From positions 68,510,001 through 68,574,000 of the forward strand of contig NC_043005.1 in the NCBI RefSeq assembly GCF_006345805.1: DNA of 64,000 nt, written 5' to 3'. The first letter of the stretch is position 1; each line of letters begins with the position of its first letter. Both the position numbers and the translations under genes were made by a program. The DNA comes from Octopus sinensis. Lineage: Eukaryota. Below, piece by piece: positions 11,743 through 26,005 of this stretch. Under the pieces are notes generated by a model. That model was not told where the DNA came from, made no database searches, and worked only from the letters and a program-made list of their open reading frames with translations.

Positions 11743-12131
11743 TGTGGTGGAAGCACTCCGCCGGTTCCGACGACGAGGGTTCCGGTTGATCCGAATCAAC
11801 GGAACAGCCTGCTCGTGAAATTAACGTGTAAGTGGCTGAGCACTCCACGGACACGTGTACCCTTAACGTAGTTCTCGGGGATATTCAGCGTGACACAGAG
11901 AGTGAAAAGCCCGGCCCTTTGAAATACAGGTACAACAGAAACAAGAAGTAAGAGTGAGAGAAAGTTGTGGTGAAAGAGTACAGCAGGGATCACCACCATC
12001 CCTGCCGGAGCCTCATGGAGCTTTAGGTGTCTTCGCTCAATAAACACTCACAACGCTCGGTCTGGGAATCGAAACCGCGATCCTATGACCGTGAGTCCGC
12101 TGCCCTAACCACTGGGCCATTGCGTCTCCAC
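11743..12131 (-). mobile_element. tRNA-derived SINE family C, full length
   Basis: Minus-strand head GTGGAGACGCAATGGCCCAGTGGTTAGGGCAGCGGAC...GGTTTCGATTCCC (A and B boxes). 11-bp TSD TCTTTTAAATG at 11732-11742 and 12132-12142. Confidence 0.92.
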
Positions 12132-12513
12132 TCTTTTAAATGAATGTGCAAGTGTCTACTTGAGATCAGTAGCTACATTCCAGCATTAATCTCAAAAGGC
12201 ATTTTATCATCAATCACAGATTTAAGTAATCCTAAGATGACATAGTGATTACTATTGGAATGGGATCATTTATGGGATCCAGATTCCCCAGAAGCAAGAT
12301 GCAACTCCCCTTTCATTTGAGAACGCATGGTTTAAACCCTGGTGGAGCGAATTTGTAGGTGAAGTCGATTGTAGATGAAACTCTTTATCGACCACTCTTT
12401 TATACCCTTTTATTGCCAGAGAATTGCTTCAGTAAAAATTCATGGCTATTCATGAGACGAATATGCATACTTCATTTAGAGGTGAGCTGTTTGTTATTTC
12501 ACTTATGTTTTCT

Positions 12514-12744
12514 TATTGTTTTACTGCCCACATGGGGCTACATACAGAGGGGGACAAACAAGGACAGACAAACGGATTAAGTCGATTATATCGACCCCAG
12601 TACGTAACTGGTACTTATTTAATCGACCCCGAAAGGATGAAATGTAAAGTCGACCTCGACGGAATTTGAACTCAGAACGTAGCGGAAGACGAAATACAGC
12701 TAAGCATTTCGCCCAGCGTACTAACGTTTCTGCCAGCTTGTCCC
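12514..12744 (-). mobile_element. SINE family A, long-tail subtype
   Basis: Homologous to 1031-1269. 20-bp TSD TTATTTCA[C/G]TTATGTTTTCT at 12494-12513 and 12745-12764. Confidence 0.92.
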
Positions 12745-14934
12745 TTATTTCAGTTATGTTTTCTGCAAGGCAATTGTGCTTCAGGAACCTAAAATGATAG
12801 TCTACCACTCGTGCGTATCATGAAGCGGTTTGACACCAACTCGTACGTAGAGTTCATTCTCAGTGCACGGAAGAAAAAAATCAGTTTTATATAAAAGTCA
12901 GCTCTATTGTCTGTCTTCTACCTTATTTATACAAATTTCACGCCCACGCACACACACACACGCAGTGTATATGTTGTGAAACATGACATCATATATATGA
13001 TTTCAAAACCTGACTCATTAGTTTTCGTTAAAATGATAATGAGTTGTTTTGATGTTTCATAATTTGTGGAGAATATTAAAAAAATCTCCGCACAGGTAAT
13101 AAAAACGTATTTTTGTGTAATAAATAAAATAAAATAAATGTTCTTTTTCTTTATGTAAACTTACATACAGTGCCAATAGTCATTGTCTTCATTATTTCTG
13201 CTGAGCGAATCTAAGATATACCTTGTAAGACACTTAATACGCATGCGTACTTGTTCGCGCGCGCGAGTTAGTGCGTGTGTACGTGTGTATCTGCGCGGGC
13301 ACGCGTGTATTTAGAGAGATGAATACATATATGTACATGCGATATATATATATTTACATATACACATATATGTATATATAATGTATACATACACACACAC
13401 ATGCACATACACATATGCACATACATGCATAAGTACACACAAATATATTTATACAAATATATGCATGTATATGTGTGTGTTTGTGAGTGTGTGAGTTAGA
13501 ATTTCTTCTTTGAGACAAAATTTCTTTAATATATATTGCAGAAAAAAAAATTAGTATTGTCGCATTCAGATTCTTTGCAAAACAAGCCATACTAATCAGA
13601 CATTAATTACGGTAACCGCTAGAATGCCGAAGTTAGAGTTCAATTAATATTGAGAAACAACACATTTTATAAATTATAATTACTCCCTTAGTTAAATTAT
13701 AATTACTCCCAAGTTGTATTTTGATAATTATTGATACCCAAGAAAGGCAGATAAGGTAGCCGATAAAGGGGATATGAAATTAATTGAAAATAGAAAGCAA
13801 TGGAGTGTAAATTTGGCTTTTGGCACCGTGGCGGCAAGTCTGAGTTTAATTCGGTTTTCTTCGGCGCCCTCATTGAAACATAGTTTTAACTGCTACTGTC
13901 CGACCTTCACTGACTTAAAAGACGGATATGAAGTATATGAATAAACTGTGAGCGATATGATACGTTAAAAGAATATCTTGTAGAAATACTTGGGGACATC
14001 CACTCCATGAAAGGCAAACAGGAAAAAATATTAGTGAACATAAAAATTTAAATAATTAAAATAATATTCGTGATAAGTAGAAAAAGTCAGTCTTAATGAC
14101 AAAATTTGTCTTCCAGTCGCCACAGCTGGTTAAACATGTAAATTCCTCAGTTAATCAACCTGATTGCTAGATTAATTGAAAGATCAACACATTTGTTTAA
14201 ATACCTTGCTATATGTTCCGTTTCGTTTATCTTGATACCAACACCACCGTAGTATTTTCAATGGGTATTAAACTCATAATATTGTAATGATTTACACATA
14301 AATCATACGCTGATTAGCTGAAGTATTTGCATCTAATCTCTGGAAAACTACACTTAAATCGCAAAGGACGTCTGGCTTGTCTATTCCCATGCAAATATAT
14401 ACCATAAAATAGTACAGAATACTGCTGTAAATATAATATATTGCAGTGTTTAGTTTAACTTGTATGTAAAGTTTGGAAAATTTGGTTTCTATGGTGACTG
14501 CCGTAACATTTGTACGACATGCAAACTACGCGAAAATGATGAAATCATGTGCTATGTCTTGGTACCACTGGCTTTAATATTATAATCATGCCTGCTATTA
14601 GACTTGGACAGTTAATAGTTACGATCGAGCCTGTTTGCCCTTACTTGACGTCCTGGAAATAGCTCGTAAAGGACATTGTAGATCTAGAAATTCCAAATAC
14701 GGAATAATTGCACCTGATTCACTCTTAACGTAGGTATAATATATTTAGGTTAGTTTGGGACAGTTAGACATATGTACATGTTCTAAAATCATTTTTTTCA
14801 TTCAACCTTTCCTCCAGTTGTTAACATATAACGTGAGGTGACAGCTATAAAATATATAAATATATAAATAAATATAGATATGACAGGCTTCAGAGACAAT
14901 GTTTCAGAATTTGTCCGTCCTCACTACTTCGTTA

Positions 14935-15175
14935 CACTACTTGTCGTCGTCATCTACCATACTCCTGCAGCGTACTACAACGAAAATGTTTCCGACTAAG
15001 CGCGAATTCTATTGGTGTGTTGTCTCTCTTGCCCAACCAAATCTTCATATTGCCCATCCATTGCACGCCTGTCTGCTTCTTGATCTATTACCGTCTACGC
15101 TTGCATTCATGGTAATATGTTACAGATATCTACTTTTTCGAATATGGCCATAATAAATGTGCTTTTGTTTTCACT
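14935..15175 (-). mobile_element. RTE-clade LINE, decayed 3' fragment
   Basis: Minus strand gives KQKHIYYGHIRK...MNASVDGNRSRSRQ...WMGNMKIW, resembling the RTE C-terminal YFGHIxR...EGKRxRGR...WMDNIKxW. Confidence 0.65.
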
Positions 15176-15415
15176 TCATTGTTCGTGATTTTATATTCTT
15201 CTGAGTCGGAACCCAACGTTTATACTTTCCTCCAATTTTTTCGGCGGGATCCATTGTAACCACTGATATCTATGTTTACTTTTTGATTCTGTGTAAGAGT
15301 ATTTCGGCAGATTCAAACGTTTAATTTTTCATAAATTGCCACGTATCCTGTTGGCTCTTCCCTTCTTGCATCTTGCGTTCAGTATTATATATATATATAT
15401 ACATATATTAATCTC

Positions 15416-15593
15416 GTAGAGGAAAAGGAACCGAGGACGCCCGAAGCAGATATGGAAGCGGAGCATTTTGGACGAGCTCAGGACCACCAGCCTGACATAG
15501 GAAGCAGCCAAGAAACACGTCAATGACCGCAACAAGTGGAAAACAACTCTTGAGGCCCTATGCTCCACAAGAGGCAGAAAGATTTAAGAAGAA
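15416..15593 (+). mobile_element. RTE-clade LINE 3' end
   Basis: Translates KRNRGRPKQIWKRSILDELRTTSLT*EAAKKHVNDRNKWKTTLEALCSTRGRKI*, then a short GAA tail. Lies within a (TA)n run. Confidence 0.82.
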
Positions 15594-15596
15594 TAT

Positions 15597-15639
<43 letters not shown>

Positions 15640-17143
15640 TGAAAATCCGTATCCCTCAACTTAAAAATAATACCTGCAGGGTGGAATATTTTTTATTGCG
15701 CTTACTGTTGTTATTGATGTAGCTCAGCCCTCTGTCAACCCTTATAGATTATTTATATGAAATAAGACACTGAAGGCAATGACAGCGAGTCTTTTTACAT
15801 GTACTTTTTTATTACTACATTATCTGAATTCTTCCACTTTTAGAAAAGTAAGACATGAATTGAACGCCATTTAGCTGAAATAATTCTAGAAATAATTCTA
15901 TAAGATCGAGTTATTGAGTTGATGCTCCGTCCTTCATTCGGAGGTATATTCTAAAAATGATTTGTGGGCTTTGTTGTCCTAATTTCAAATATAAATAAAT
16001 GTAATGTACCTGCATAAATGGACTCTACTATGCTGATTTTCTTTAAGTAAATGAACTGAAAAGTTACCTGCTTGTAGTCACAAGAAGATTAATGGATAGG
16101 ATAGTAAATGACCATAGACTAAACATCTTTTACGATAATTACACTGCATCGTGGCTGACACCGTGCTAAGCAACACCAATAATACATTATAGTACACGCG
16201 GTATTCGGTTATTCTGTTGCAACCCTGCAACGGTGCTTGAACACACGAATACTGGTGTATCTGTATAGTTCTGCTTACCATTTCTGCATCTTGAAAATTG
16301 ATAGTTTTACACGGAGGTGTTTGTTTGCAAGTAATGGTTTATAACAAACAAAATAACGGTTTTTTTTCTAGTGTGCTTTCAATATTTTCTTGAAAGATCA
16401 ATCATTCAGACATTGCAAAGTCTGAATTCTGCAATGAAAAAAAAAACACTCACAGAAAAAAAACAGACAAAAACAAACAAACAAAAATCCAGAACAAAAG
16501 AAAGCAAAAAAAAAAAAAACAACATGGGAATCGAAATCTTAACATTAAAATAAAAAAAAATATTCTGTAATATTCTGAAATCGAAATGACGTGAATGTAA
16601 GAAATTTGAATTAAAAATTGGCATATTTTAAAAAATTCACACCTATTGTGACAGAAAAGCTGATGAATATACAAATATCATTAAAAATTTAGAGAAAATA
16701 CCTATAGTTTGTTGTCAGAAGCACTACCGACATAATAAGCAATTTTGTCAATCGTTTATTCCTTTCATTGTGTAAGCATAATTATTATAATCTGCAAAGT
16801 AAGTGTTATACTGAGTCCTAGTAATTCACTGTCAAGACTGCACCTTTCTCAAATCTCTGAACTGTCAGACGACACGAAGGTTCACGCATGATTGTCAGGG
16901 TCAAGTCATAGAAAATGCACTTTGCCTGACGTAAGTTGTTACATTCACTGAAGAAATTAGAGTTTACAAACTGCAGACAATATTATTACGTAACTCAGTT
17001 GGATACATGTAGATTGACATCAAGTGTGGAAGGAGGTGAACGTGGAGTTGGTGTCAGAGGTGAAACAGTCTCCGAACTGCAGAATGTCTGTTGATATTAC
17101 AACAGAAGAGTCATCAATAAACCATAGCAAATCGGTAGTGGCC

Positions 17144-17182
17144 ACACACTCACTCACTCACACACACACACACTCACACACA

Positions 17183-17237
<55 letters not shown>
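17144..17237. repeat. (CA)n microsatellite
   Basis: Seen directly. Confidence 0.95.
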
Positions 17238-17241
<4 letters not shown>

Positions 17242-17399
17242 AATGCACCTTCTGAAATGCATGTACGCATATGCACCGATGGACACATGCATAATCATAG
17301 ATATACGAACTCATGGATTCAGAGATAGATGTTCACAAACTCACATGCATCTCTCCACCTCTCTCTCATTCTCTCTCTCTAATCTAAATCTAATCTAAA

Positions 17400-17591
<192 letters not shown>

Positions 17592-17900
17592 GATCACTCT
17601 CTCAATCTGTCTGTCTGAATGTGTGTATGTATATATGGATGGATATATCTGCGTATGTGTATAGGTGCGTGTGTGTTTGTGGTTGTGTGTTTGTGTTTAT
17701 GTGTATGCTTGTGTTCAATTATAATAACATATTGACATGCTGTATATTATTATTGCATATATAATTGTAAATATTGACAGTCAGTCACATAAATATCACT
17801 ATAACAATCTGTACACCTTATAATTCATCGTTTCATTCAGTGTTCTATACAAATAGTCTCAAAGCCAAGCAATGATAATCGTAGTACGTATACACATATA

Positions 17901-18118
17901 CGAGGGGGTGCTGGAAGGTTCATGGCTTTAGGGGTGTCATGAAAGGCCTGGTTAGAGTCTCAACCTTCTGAGTTATTTTCCAGAGCTTCGAAAATCCATA
18001 AGGACCGCTACAATAAGTGTGTGAATCTGAGAGGGGGATATGTTGAATAAAATCTTAATTAACTGATCCTCCAGCATATTCTTTTACCCGAAACCAGAGA
18101 CTTTTCATCACCCACTCG
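17901..18118 (+). mobile_element. Mariner-derived MITE / internal deletion derivative
   Basis: TA|CGAGGGGGTGCTGGAAGGTTC...GACTTTTCATCACCCACTCG|TA: imperfect TIRs with TA TSD. Internal remnant KDRYNKCVNLRGGYVE* is a mariner C-terminus. Confidence 0.85.
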
Positions 18119-19719
18119 TACAACGACTGAACACAGAAACGTAAATATATTCACTGCATATGTATGTGTGTGTATATGCATTCGCGCGTGGATGCGCATG
18201 TGTGTGTGTATAACTACCTGCATCTGTGTGCGGCTATATCTCTAAGTGTGAAATAAATTGCTCAAGGAATGAAAATAGTGTGATGGGCAAAATGTTTTTG
18301 AAAATGTGATAAGCACTGTAAATGTATTCCCTATTTTATAACAGACAACATTGGACATGTGAAATGTCAGCTTTTTAATTTTACATGTACTTATATTTCA
18401 TATCACAGTTTATTGGTTGCCGCTCCAGGTTCTTCTGGCTGTGAATGAGTCTGTGTGTCTTCCTTGTTCATTGCAGCGTGATACTATTAAAAACCTTCCA
18501 ACAATATTTCTTTATGTAATACACTCCATCTTTTGCTTCTTATTCAGTAATAATTGTGATACTATGACGTGATTACAGCTGGGAGCAATAATATTTGACA
18601 TTTAAAACAATTGTGTTAAATAGGATAAGCATGATACGTTGTACTTATACTCAAATTCCTCTTAGCAATCGCACTACAAATCTCTGCACAGGTTTGATAT
18701 CTGCAAAATATGAACGAAACGAAGTCTTCACTTATTTCAATACACAAGTCAAACACGGTTTCTGATCTTAGTAATGCAGTCTCTTCTCAGCCTGCGAGTC
18801 AAATCTGTACGCTCATTGAGGGCTGATCTCGAGTACTTGGAAATATTCTGCATTGAATTTCACAGTATATTCTTCACGCTTACTGTACACAAAACGAAGG
18901 TCTTTGTATTATTTTATATTTTAAAATAATTCCATAATTATATGGAAATCAGACTAATTACAAGAAACAGTAGTCACAAGTTAATATTCTAGTGTATGGC
19001 GCATGTTTCTTATAAGTATGCGCCAAGCGTCCACCAAACCATATATCAGTCCTTGGATCTTAATTATCTCAAAGAATGTTATATTTATCTTTACATTGGA
19101 GCCAATAATGCGTTGACGATTATTTTAAAACTTAATACCAGCTAATTTGTCAATCTAAGAAAAGGGCAAAGACCCCTATATTTTATCAACATTGTTAATA
19201 GTTGCAACATAGTACATATATGCTAATGGGTAACTCAGAGAATTCCAGCATATATATGGGTTTCTAATATACTTATCAGTTTGGTCAAACCTGTAGTGTG
19301 AGTTTCATGAAAAAGCTGTTTCTGTTCGTATGTCACAGAAAGAGCTCTGCGGTCACCAGGCATATCTAGAAACTATTGTAGTTATTAATCCGAAATGTTT
19401 GTGACGCATTTTACTGATTATTTCCCACGTGTCGCATAAAGTAGCACATAAAATATTTATCACTATAGAGATAAATATGTTTAGAAATGTAAAGATGATT
19501 TTATTTTTTTGCACTTACCTTTGTCTTTGTCAATGGATTTCTTTCTATGCAACAACGTGCTTCTACATATTTGCAACAATCCGTTAATTTCTTACTGGCA
19601 ATGAACGGATCAATGTTTCTATCTTATGATGCACTCATTAATCCATCTTGCTTCTTCAATATATGCACAAATTCACACACACACACCACACACGCACACA
19701 CACACACACACACATTCTT

Positions 19720-20060
19720 TTGTTTGCTTCAATCATTTAACAGCAGCCATGCTGGAGCACCGCCTTCAGCTTTTTTGTGTGGAATAAGTGAATTCCAGGA
19801 CTTATTTTTTAAGCTCAGTACTTAGTCTATCGGTCTCTTTTGCCAAATTACTAAGTTGTGGAGGCGTGACAACACCAGCTCCGGTTGTCAAGGGGTGAAG
19901 GATGAACAAACACAGACACAGACATATAGAAATGCACACACGCATACACATATATATACGACGGGCTTGTTTCAGTTTCCGTCTACAAAGTCCAGTAACA
20001 AGGTGGGATTGAACTCGGGAGTATGTAGTTACGAAGCATGCTTCTTACCACACAGGCATA

Positions 20061-20062
<2 letters not shown>
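19720..20062 (-). mobile_element. SINE family B (tRNA head, internal TA/TG microsatellite, 3' module), diverged
   Basis: Reverse complement of the 43001-43460 type: head TGTGTGGTAAG, GACGGAAACTGAAA, and the GGCGGTGCTCCAGCATGG tail module. Confidence 0.8.
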
Positions 20063-20108
<46 letters not shown>

Positions 20109-20135
20109 CATTATATATATATATATTATGTATGC

Positions 20136-20173
<38 letters not shown>

Positions 20174-20182
20174 TGTATGCAT

Positions 20183-20225
<43 letters not shown>

Positions 20226-20364
20226 CATATATATATATATATTATGTATGCATTATATTATATATATATATATATAATATATATATATGTATGTATGCAT
20301 TATAATATATATATATATATATTATGTATGCATTATATATATACATATATAAATATATGTATGC

Positions 20365-20400
<36 letters not shown>

Positions 20401-20432
20401 CATTATATACATATATATATATATGTATGCAT

Positions 20433-20477
<45 letters not shown>

Positions 20478-20525
20478 CAGTGTGTGTCTGTGTATTATGC
20501 ATGTATATACATATTATATATATAT
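20063..20525. repeat. (TA)n array periodically interrupted by GTATGCAT
   Basis: About 10 TATGTATGCATTATA units separated by variable-length (TA)n. Confidence 0.9.
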
Positions 20526-20917
20526 ACAAGGAGAACCCAGTCATGGCTGTCGGACAATTTCTGGGATAGCATCACTCCTAACATCTGGCCGCCTAACTTC
20601 CTAGACTGCAACCCACTTGATTATTATGTGTGGGGCGCAGTTGAGCGAGAGGCTAACAAGACTACTTGTAACACAAAAAATAAAATGATAGCAAGAATTA
20701 ACTGAAAGCAAGGAAACCGCCCAGAAGAGCTGCAGTAGATTCCGAAGTCGTCTAGAGGCCGTGGTAGAAGTCAATAGCGATTTTATTGAATAAATTTACT
20801 CTTTAGTATTTCAAGCTATTTTTATGTAATTTTGGTAAATGTTTCTGTTGAAATAAGATGTCAGTGTTACTTTCATTTTTACGTAATTTAGACGACAATT
20901 TATTCACCGCACCCAGT
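20526..20917 (+). mobile_element. Tc1/mariner superfamily, maT (DD37D)-like 3' fragment
   Basis: Translates [39 protein letters not shown]...RFRSRLEAVVEVNSDFIE* (WPPxSPDLNPLDY-type motif). Ends ...CACCGCACCCAG|TA. Confidence 0.82.
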
Positions 20918-21254
20918 ATACACAGACACACACACACACACAAACACTGACAAACACAGACACACTCACATATAAATATACGTAATCACACAAACACACA
21001 TTATGTAAATACCTACATATATCCATTTGCATCTATGCGCAATTGTGTGTATGGTATATGAATGGGATATATTTTGGTGATATTCAAGTGTAAAACAATG
21101 TAAAAATCTCGTTACCCACTTGTAGTGAAAATATTTGTTCTTTCAGTAAAGAGATTTATGCGTGAAGACATGACACTCCCATTCAAACTTGGGTTTTTAA
21201 GCAGCTGGTCACAGTAGTAGTGTTAACATCATCAGTGTATAAATTGAAAGAATA

Positions 21255-21392
21255 TGTATACACATATATATACATATATATATATATGAATATGTAAGTA
21301 TATATATATATGAATATATAAGTATTTTTATGTGTGTATGTATATATATATATATATGCATTTTGATATATGTGTACATACATACATACGTG

Positions 21393-21437
<45 letters not shown>

Positions 21438-21485
21438 ATTATATATATATGTGCGTGTATATATATATACATATATATATTGTGC

Positions 21486-21525
<40 letters not shown>

Positions 21526-21563
21526 GTGCGTGTATATATTATATACATATATATATATATGTG

Positions 21564-21617
<54 letters not shown>

Positions 21618-21700
21618 ATATATATATGTGCGTGTGTATATATATATGTGCGTGCGTGTATATATACATATATTCTTACACACACACAAATATATATAGA
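21255..21700. repeat. (TA)n array with GTGCGTG interruptions
   Basis: Seen directly. Confidence 0.92.
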
Positions 21701-22821
21701 GAGGGTGTTTGATATAGATAAAGCGAATAAGTAGGAGAACGATAACTCCATGTTCCGTTATATTCGTGCTTTATCTTCCAGTAAAAAAAGAAAAACGTAC
21801 ATATTTTCGTCTTCTAGTTTCATGATAACTCAAGCATCACACCAATATTCAATATTTCTCCAGATTTCTTTTTGTTTTTTTTACCCTTCAGCTTCTTAAT
21901 AAAAACACTCATTCGTGAGTTTTGCCCAAATATTTCACAGTTTCATGCTATATGCTCAATTGATATATATTTATCTTGACTCAACCAAGAAGTTCCATGC
22001 TAAATATGCTTTTGTTTTCTTTACGTATTATTTGGTTTATCCTTCCCTGTAACCCATGCTTTATCTATCTATTTATTTTTATATATGCTTCTGATTTGCT
22101 CTATTGATTTTTTTTTATCTGCATCCCAACGCATTACGCTGATTTTCTTCATGGATCTTCTTCAATCCTTTCAATCCGAATCCTTTCGCTTCTTTTATGT
22201 TTGTCTTCATTATATTTCCATTTCTTAGTTTATCTTTTTATTGTTTACTATATTCGTATTTTTATCCATCTCTGTTCATTCTCTTTTCTTTCATTCTCAA
22301 GGAAATCTATCAATGACTCTCTTTCTCTCTCTCCCACTATCTCCCCAACTGAAAATTTCTCTCTCACACACACGTAGAATCCATTACATACACACACTCT
22401 CTCTCTCTAGTGATCCCCCCTCCCACTCTCTCATATATCCATACCCATCATCATATAGAATTGGTACGCACAGTAGAAATATTATATAAACTCGCACACG
22501 CACACACAGTGTACTTATCCATAAAAATCCAGCTAATTTTCTTTTGTTAGTCCTCTTTCTATCTGACTTTATCAATATATTTGTATATGTATAGATAGAT
22601 AGCTACATATATGTGAGTGTGTGTGTGTGTGTGTGTACATATGTACATATACACACACATATAAATAGACAGACATATACATATACACGCATATATATAT
22701 GTATACACATATGTACGTATATGTATATAATGTGTACACATATGTAAGTGTATCTATCTAACTATCTATGCACAGAGAGAGACACACACATACACTCACA
22801 CATACACACACGTATGGTAGC

Positions 22822-22963
22822 ACAGGCATGACTGTGTGGTACTTAGGATTTTGCTTTTCAACCGCATGGATCCGGGTTTAGTACACCATCGGCAAGCATC
22901 TTCAAATATAGCCCTGGGCTTTGTGAGTAAATTTCGTAGATGGAAACTGAAAAAGTAACTGGT

Positions 22964-23008
<45 letters not shown>

Positions 23009-23412
23009 CACTGCCTCATGCTATCTACATACAGTCAGATTTCCTTGACTGCATCCTTCTGAAGATGATTTGTGCCCGAAATGTGTCAGAAGTTTCCCTT
23101 ATTTCTCATATCAATTCTTATTACAGTTACGTGTGCATTTGTGTGTTTGTGTGTGCGTGAGTGTGAGTGTATGTGCGCCTGTGTCCTTGCGTGTCCTTGT
23201 GTCTGTGAGGTGTCTTTGTCTAAGTGACATCCCCCAAACACTACTTCCCAACCGGTGTTGGTTTGTTTACGTCCTGAAACTTAGCGATTCGGCAAAAAGT
23301 CAACACAGTTTAAAAGTACAATTAGTACCGCGTTTCATTTGTTTAAAGAAACGTTTCAAGGCGGTGCCCCAGTATGGCTGCAGTCCAACACTGAAACAAC
23401 TAAAGGATAAAT
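22822..23412 (+). mobile_element. SINE family B, diverged, with ~130-bp extra sequence in its internal microsatellite
   Basis: Head at 22822-22965, then (TA)n, extra sequence ~23000-23130, (TG)n, and the 3' module (CTTAGCGATTCGGCAAAA...GGCGGTGCCCCAGTATGG). Confidence 0.75.
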
Positions 23413-23604
23413 CATATATGACATAAATACATATATATGATCTACATATATGCAAACATTAGTACGTATGAAAATAAATATCTTTTCTGCAGATGTGTAC
23501 AAAACACACACTCTCCCATGCGTACTTCTAAATTGTGTGTGTGTGTATATATATATATATTTGTGTGTGTGTGCGTGTGTGTAAGTATATGTAAGTATAT
23601 GTAT

Positions 23605-23639
<35 letters not shown>

Positions 23640-24243
23640 TACGCACCCATATATTCATGTTCACCTCTACACACATATATATTCATTTCAATAATTTCAA
23701 TAATTTCTTTCTTTTCTACTTTTAGTAAACATTCATTTTCTTTAACAGTCCATCACTCTTACCTTCCTACAACCATCTTTAATTTCTCCACCATTTTTCC
23801 CTTTCTTCGCCATTTTACCACTGTTTTCTCCCGCTAACGCATCAGCCCACATATTCGCTATCCTAACCCTCATCATACTCCTCTGTCTCACCACTTCCAT
23901 AAGCGAAATAACCAACTGTTTCCCTGAAGATATAACTATTCTATATGAAACGAGTATATTGAATATTCTTCTTTCTAATGCAAGTCTTCTTTTTAAATAT
24001 TTTTTTTGTCTTATATAACATATTCGATTATATAGTCAATAAAAGGTTAGAAATAACATTAAGATATTCGCCAAAATGTGTTGCTGGTTGATCCTTCCAG
24101 AAAGTGTGCAAGTAAAAAACAATGAATGAACAAAACATATAACTAGGGGAGTAACGGAGATTGTATGCGTATGGGAGTGAATAAACACTAGCCAGTTTCT
24201 TTGCAAATATGCGCTCATAATTTGACGCGAGCGTCAGAACATA

Positions 24244-24385
<142 letters not shown>

Positions 24386-24492
24386 TATGAAAAAATATTT
24401 ATATCTGATATGTATAATTTGTGTTTACATGCATACATAGAAACAAGCTTATATATCCATATATTCATACATAAGCACGCACATATGCATTA

Positions 24493-24536
<44 letters not shown>

Positions 24537-24745
24537 GTGTGTATATAACTGTGCTATTAAGGGTTAGTTGTCCAAATCTATTGTATGGGGTGGGGTGGGG
24601 GGTAAATCGTTATATATTTATTGTTCGGTCTGGCTAAATATTTGTATTCTTGTTCCAAGTATAATTGGTTTGTTTTGCGTTCGCCTGTCACCTAGATTTC
24701 TCCTTCTGCATTACTATATCACTTTATCTCTATCTCCGTTCTCCT

Positions 24746-24784
<39 letters not shown>

Positions 24785-25806
24785 ATCCATTCATCTGTCT
24801 ATCTATCTATCTGCCTGTCTCTCTGTCAGCCCGTATGTCTGTCTATCTATCTCTAACACTCGCACACAAAACCAAATCACATAGGCGCACACACATATAT
24901 GCGTATATATGTCTTCTTGTTTGCCTATATAACTGTCCTTTCTTTATATACTTATGTTCTTTTCTTTTTGTTATCGATTTCTATATTGATGACGAGAAGA
25001 TAAAAGAAGATCAGGCAAACGTTTGAAAAACTAAGACAGTTTAGTATCAGCAATACGATGCGATATTGAATAGGTAATCTTTGAGATATATTTCTGAATA
25101 CATTAGTTAAGTATTTGTAGAGTTTAATTTGGTTGAGATTGGAAAGTAAAGGACATTTAATACAAAGCATTCTCTTGGGTGTTAATGCATTCTTAAAACT
25201 TAATTTGAAAATGGTGTCTTTCTTGATCGATTTTTGTTTAATATTTTTATATGAAAAGACACATAAACTCAGACAGCGCACTCTATCATACCAAGACACG
25301 GACACATCTCACACAGATCAGCAAATAAACACCCACTTATACATAGACAAATATAGATTAATGGCTGTCTTCTCTTTCACGAATTATGCTTACAACTCAT
25401 TCTGTTTTGTGCTTCTCTAAAGATTTCTTCTCTCTTAACCAGTTTCATCACACCCACACAATAAATTTGTCTACGGCTGTTTCATTTATTCGAAATGCAA
25501 TAATCACCGTATTATCATTCAATTATTTTATTATCTTATATGTGTTCCCGTAAAACTATGTATAATTTATTTTTATAATAAGCATTTTGGCGTTCCCTTG
25601 GTAGTTGCATGCGTTTATCTAAATGAATGTAAGTTTTAGATTCTCTTTGTTTTGTCAGCGTCTGTTTGTGTGTATGTGTGTATGTGTGTTTGAGTATGTG
25701 TCTGCGGGTGTGCGCGATGAGTGTGTAAATCTGTTATTGATGCAGTTATGTTAAGTTTATTGGTTTTGAATAGGATATTTGGAAATTTAGTATATACATA
25801 CATACA

Positions 25807-25842
<36 letters not shown>

Positions 25843-26005
25843 TATATTTATATATATATGGAGAAAATTTGCAAAATGTATACATAGATGATGAGTACAG
25901 AACCGGCACTGTTTCGATTACCTGTTGTTATCCGTAGATGTTTTGCAGGTAGTTCGTAGTGGCGGTTGGGGTAACAGTATTAATAAAATAGATGGAATGT
26001 ATTAT

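Noticed and set aside
12055-12131. tRNA gene
   Set aside because: The A/B boxes belong to a SINE head bounded by TSDs; no complete cloverleaf is evident.
16246-16256. miR-8/miR-200-like seed AAUACUG in the hairpin arm
   Set aside because: No similarity beyond the 7-mer, and it sits at the stem base.
19856-21751. Numerous YIYI/HTYI/MYVC ORFs (also at 3597-4036, 33203-33468, 55494-55993)
   Set aside because: Stop-free dinucleotide and tetranucleotide repeats. Only the mariner-like tail of 20223..20705 is real coding relic.
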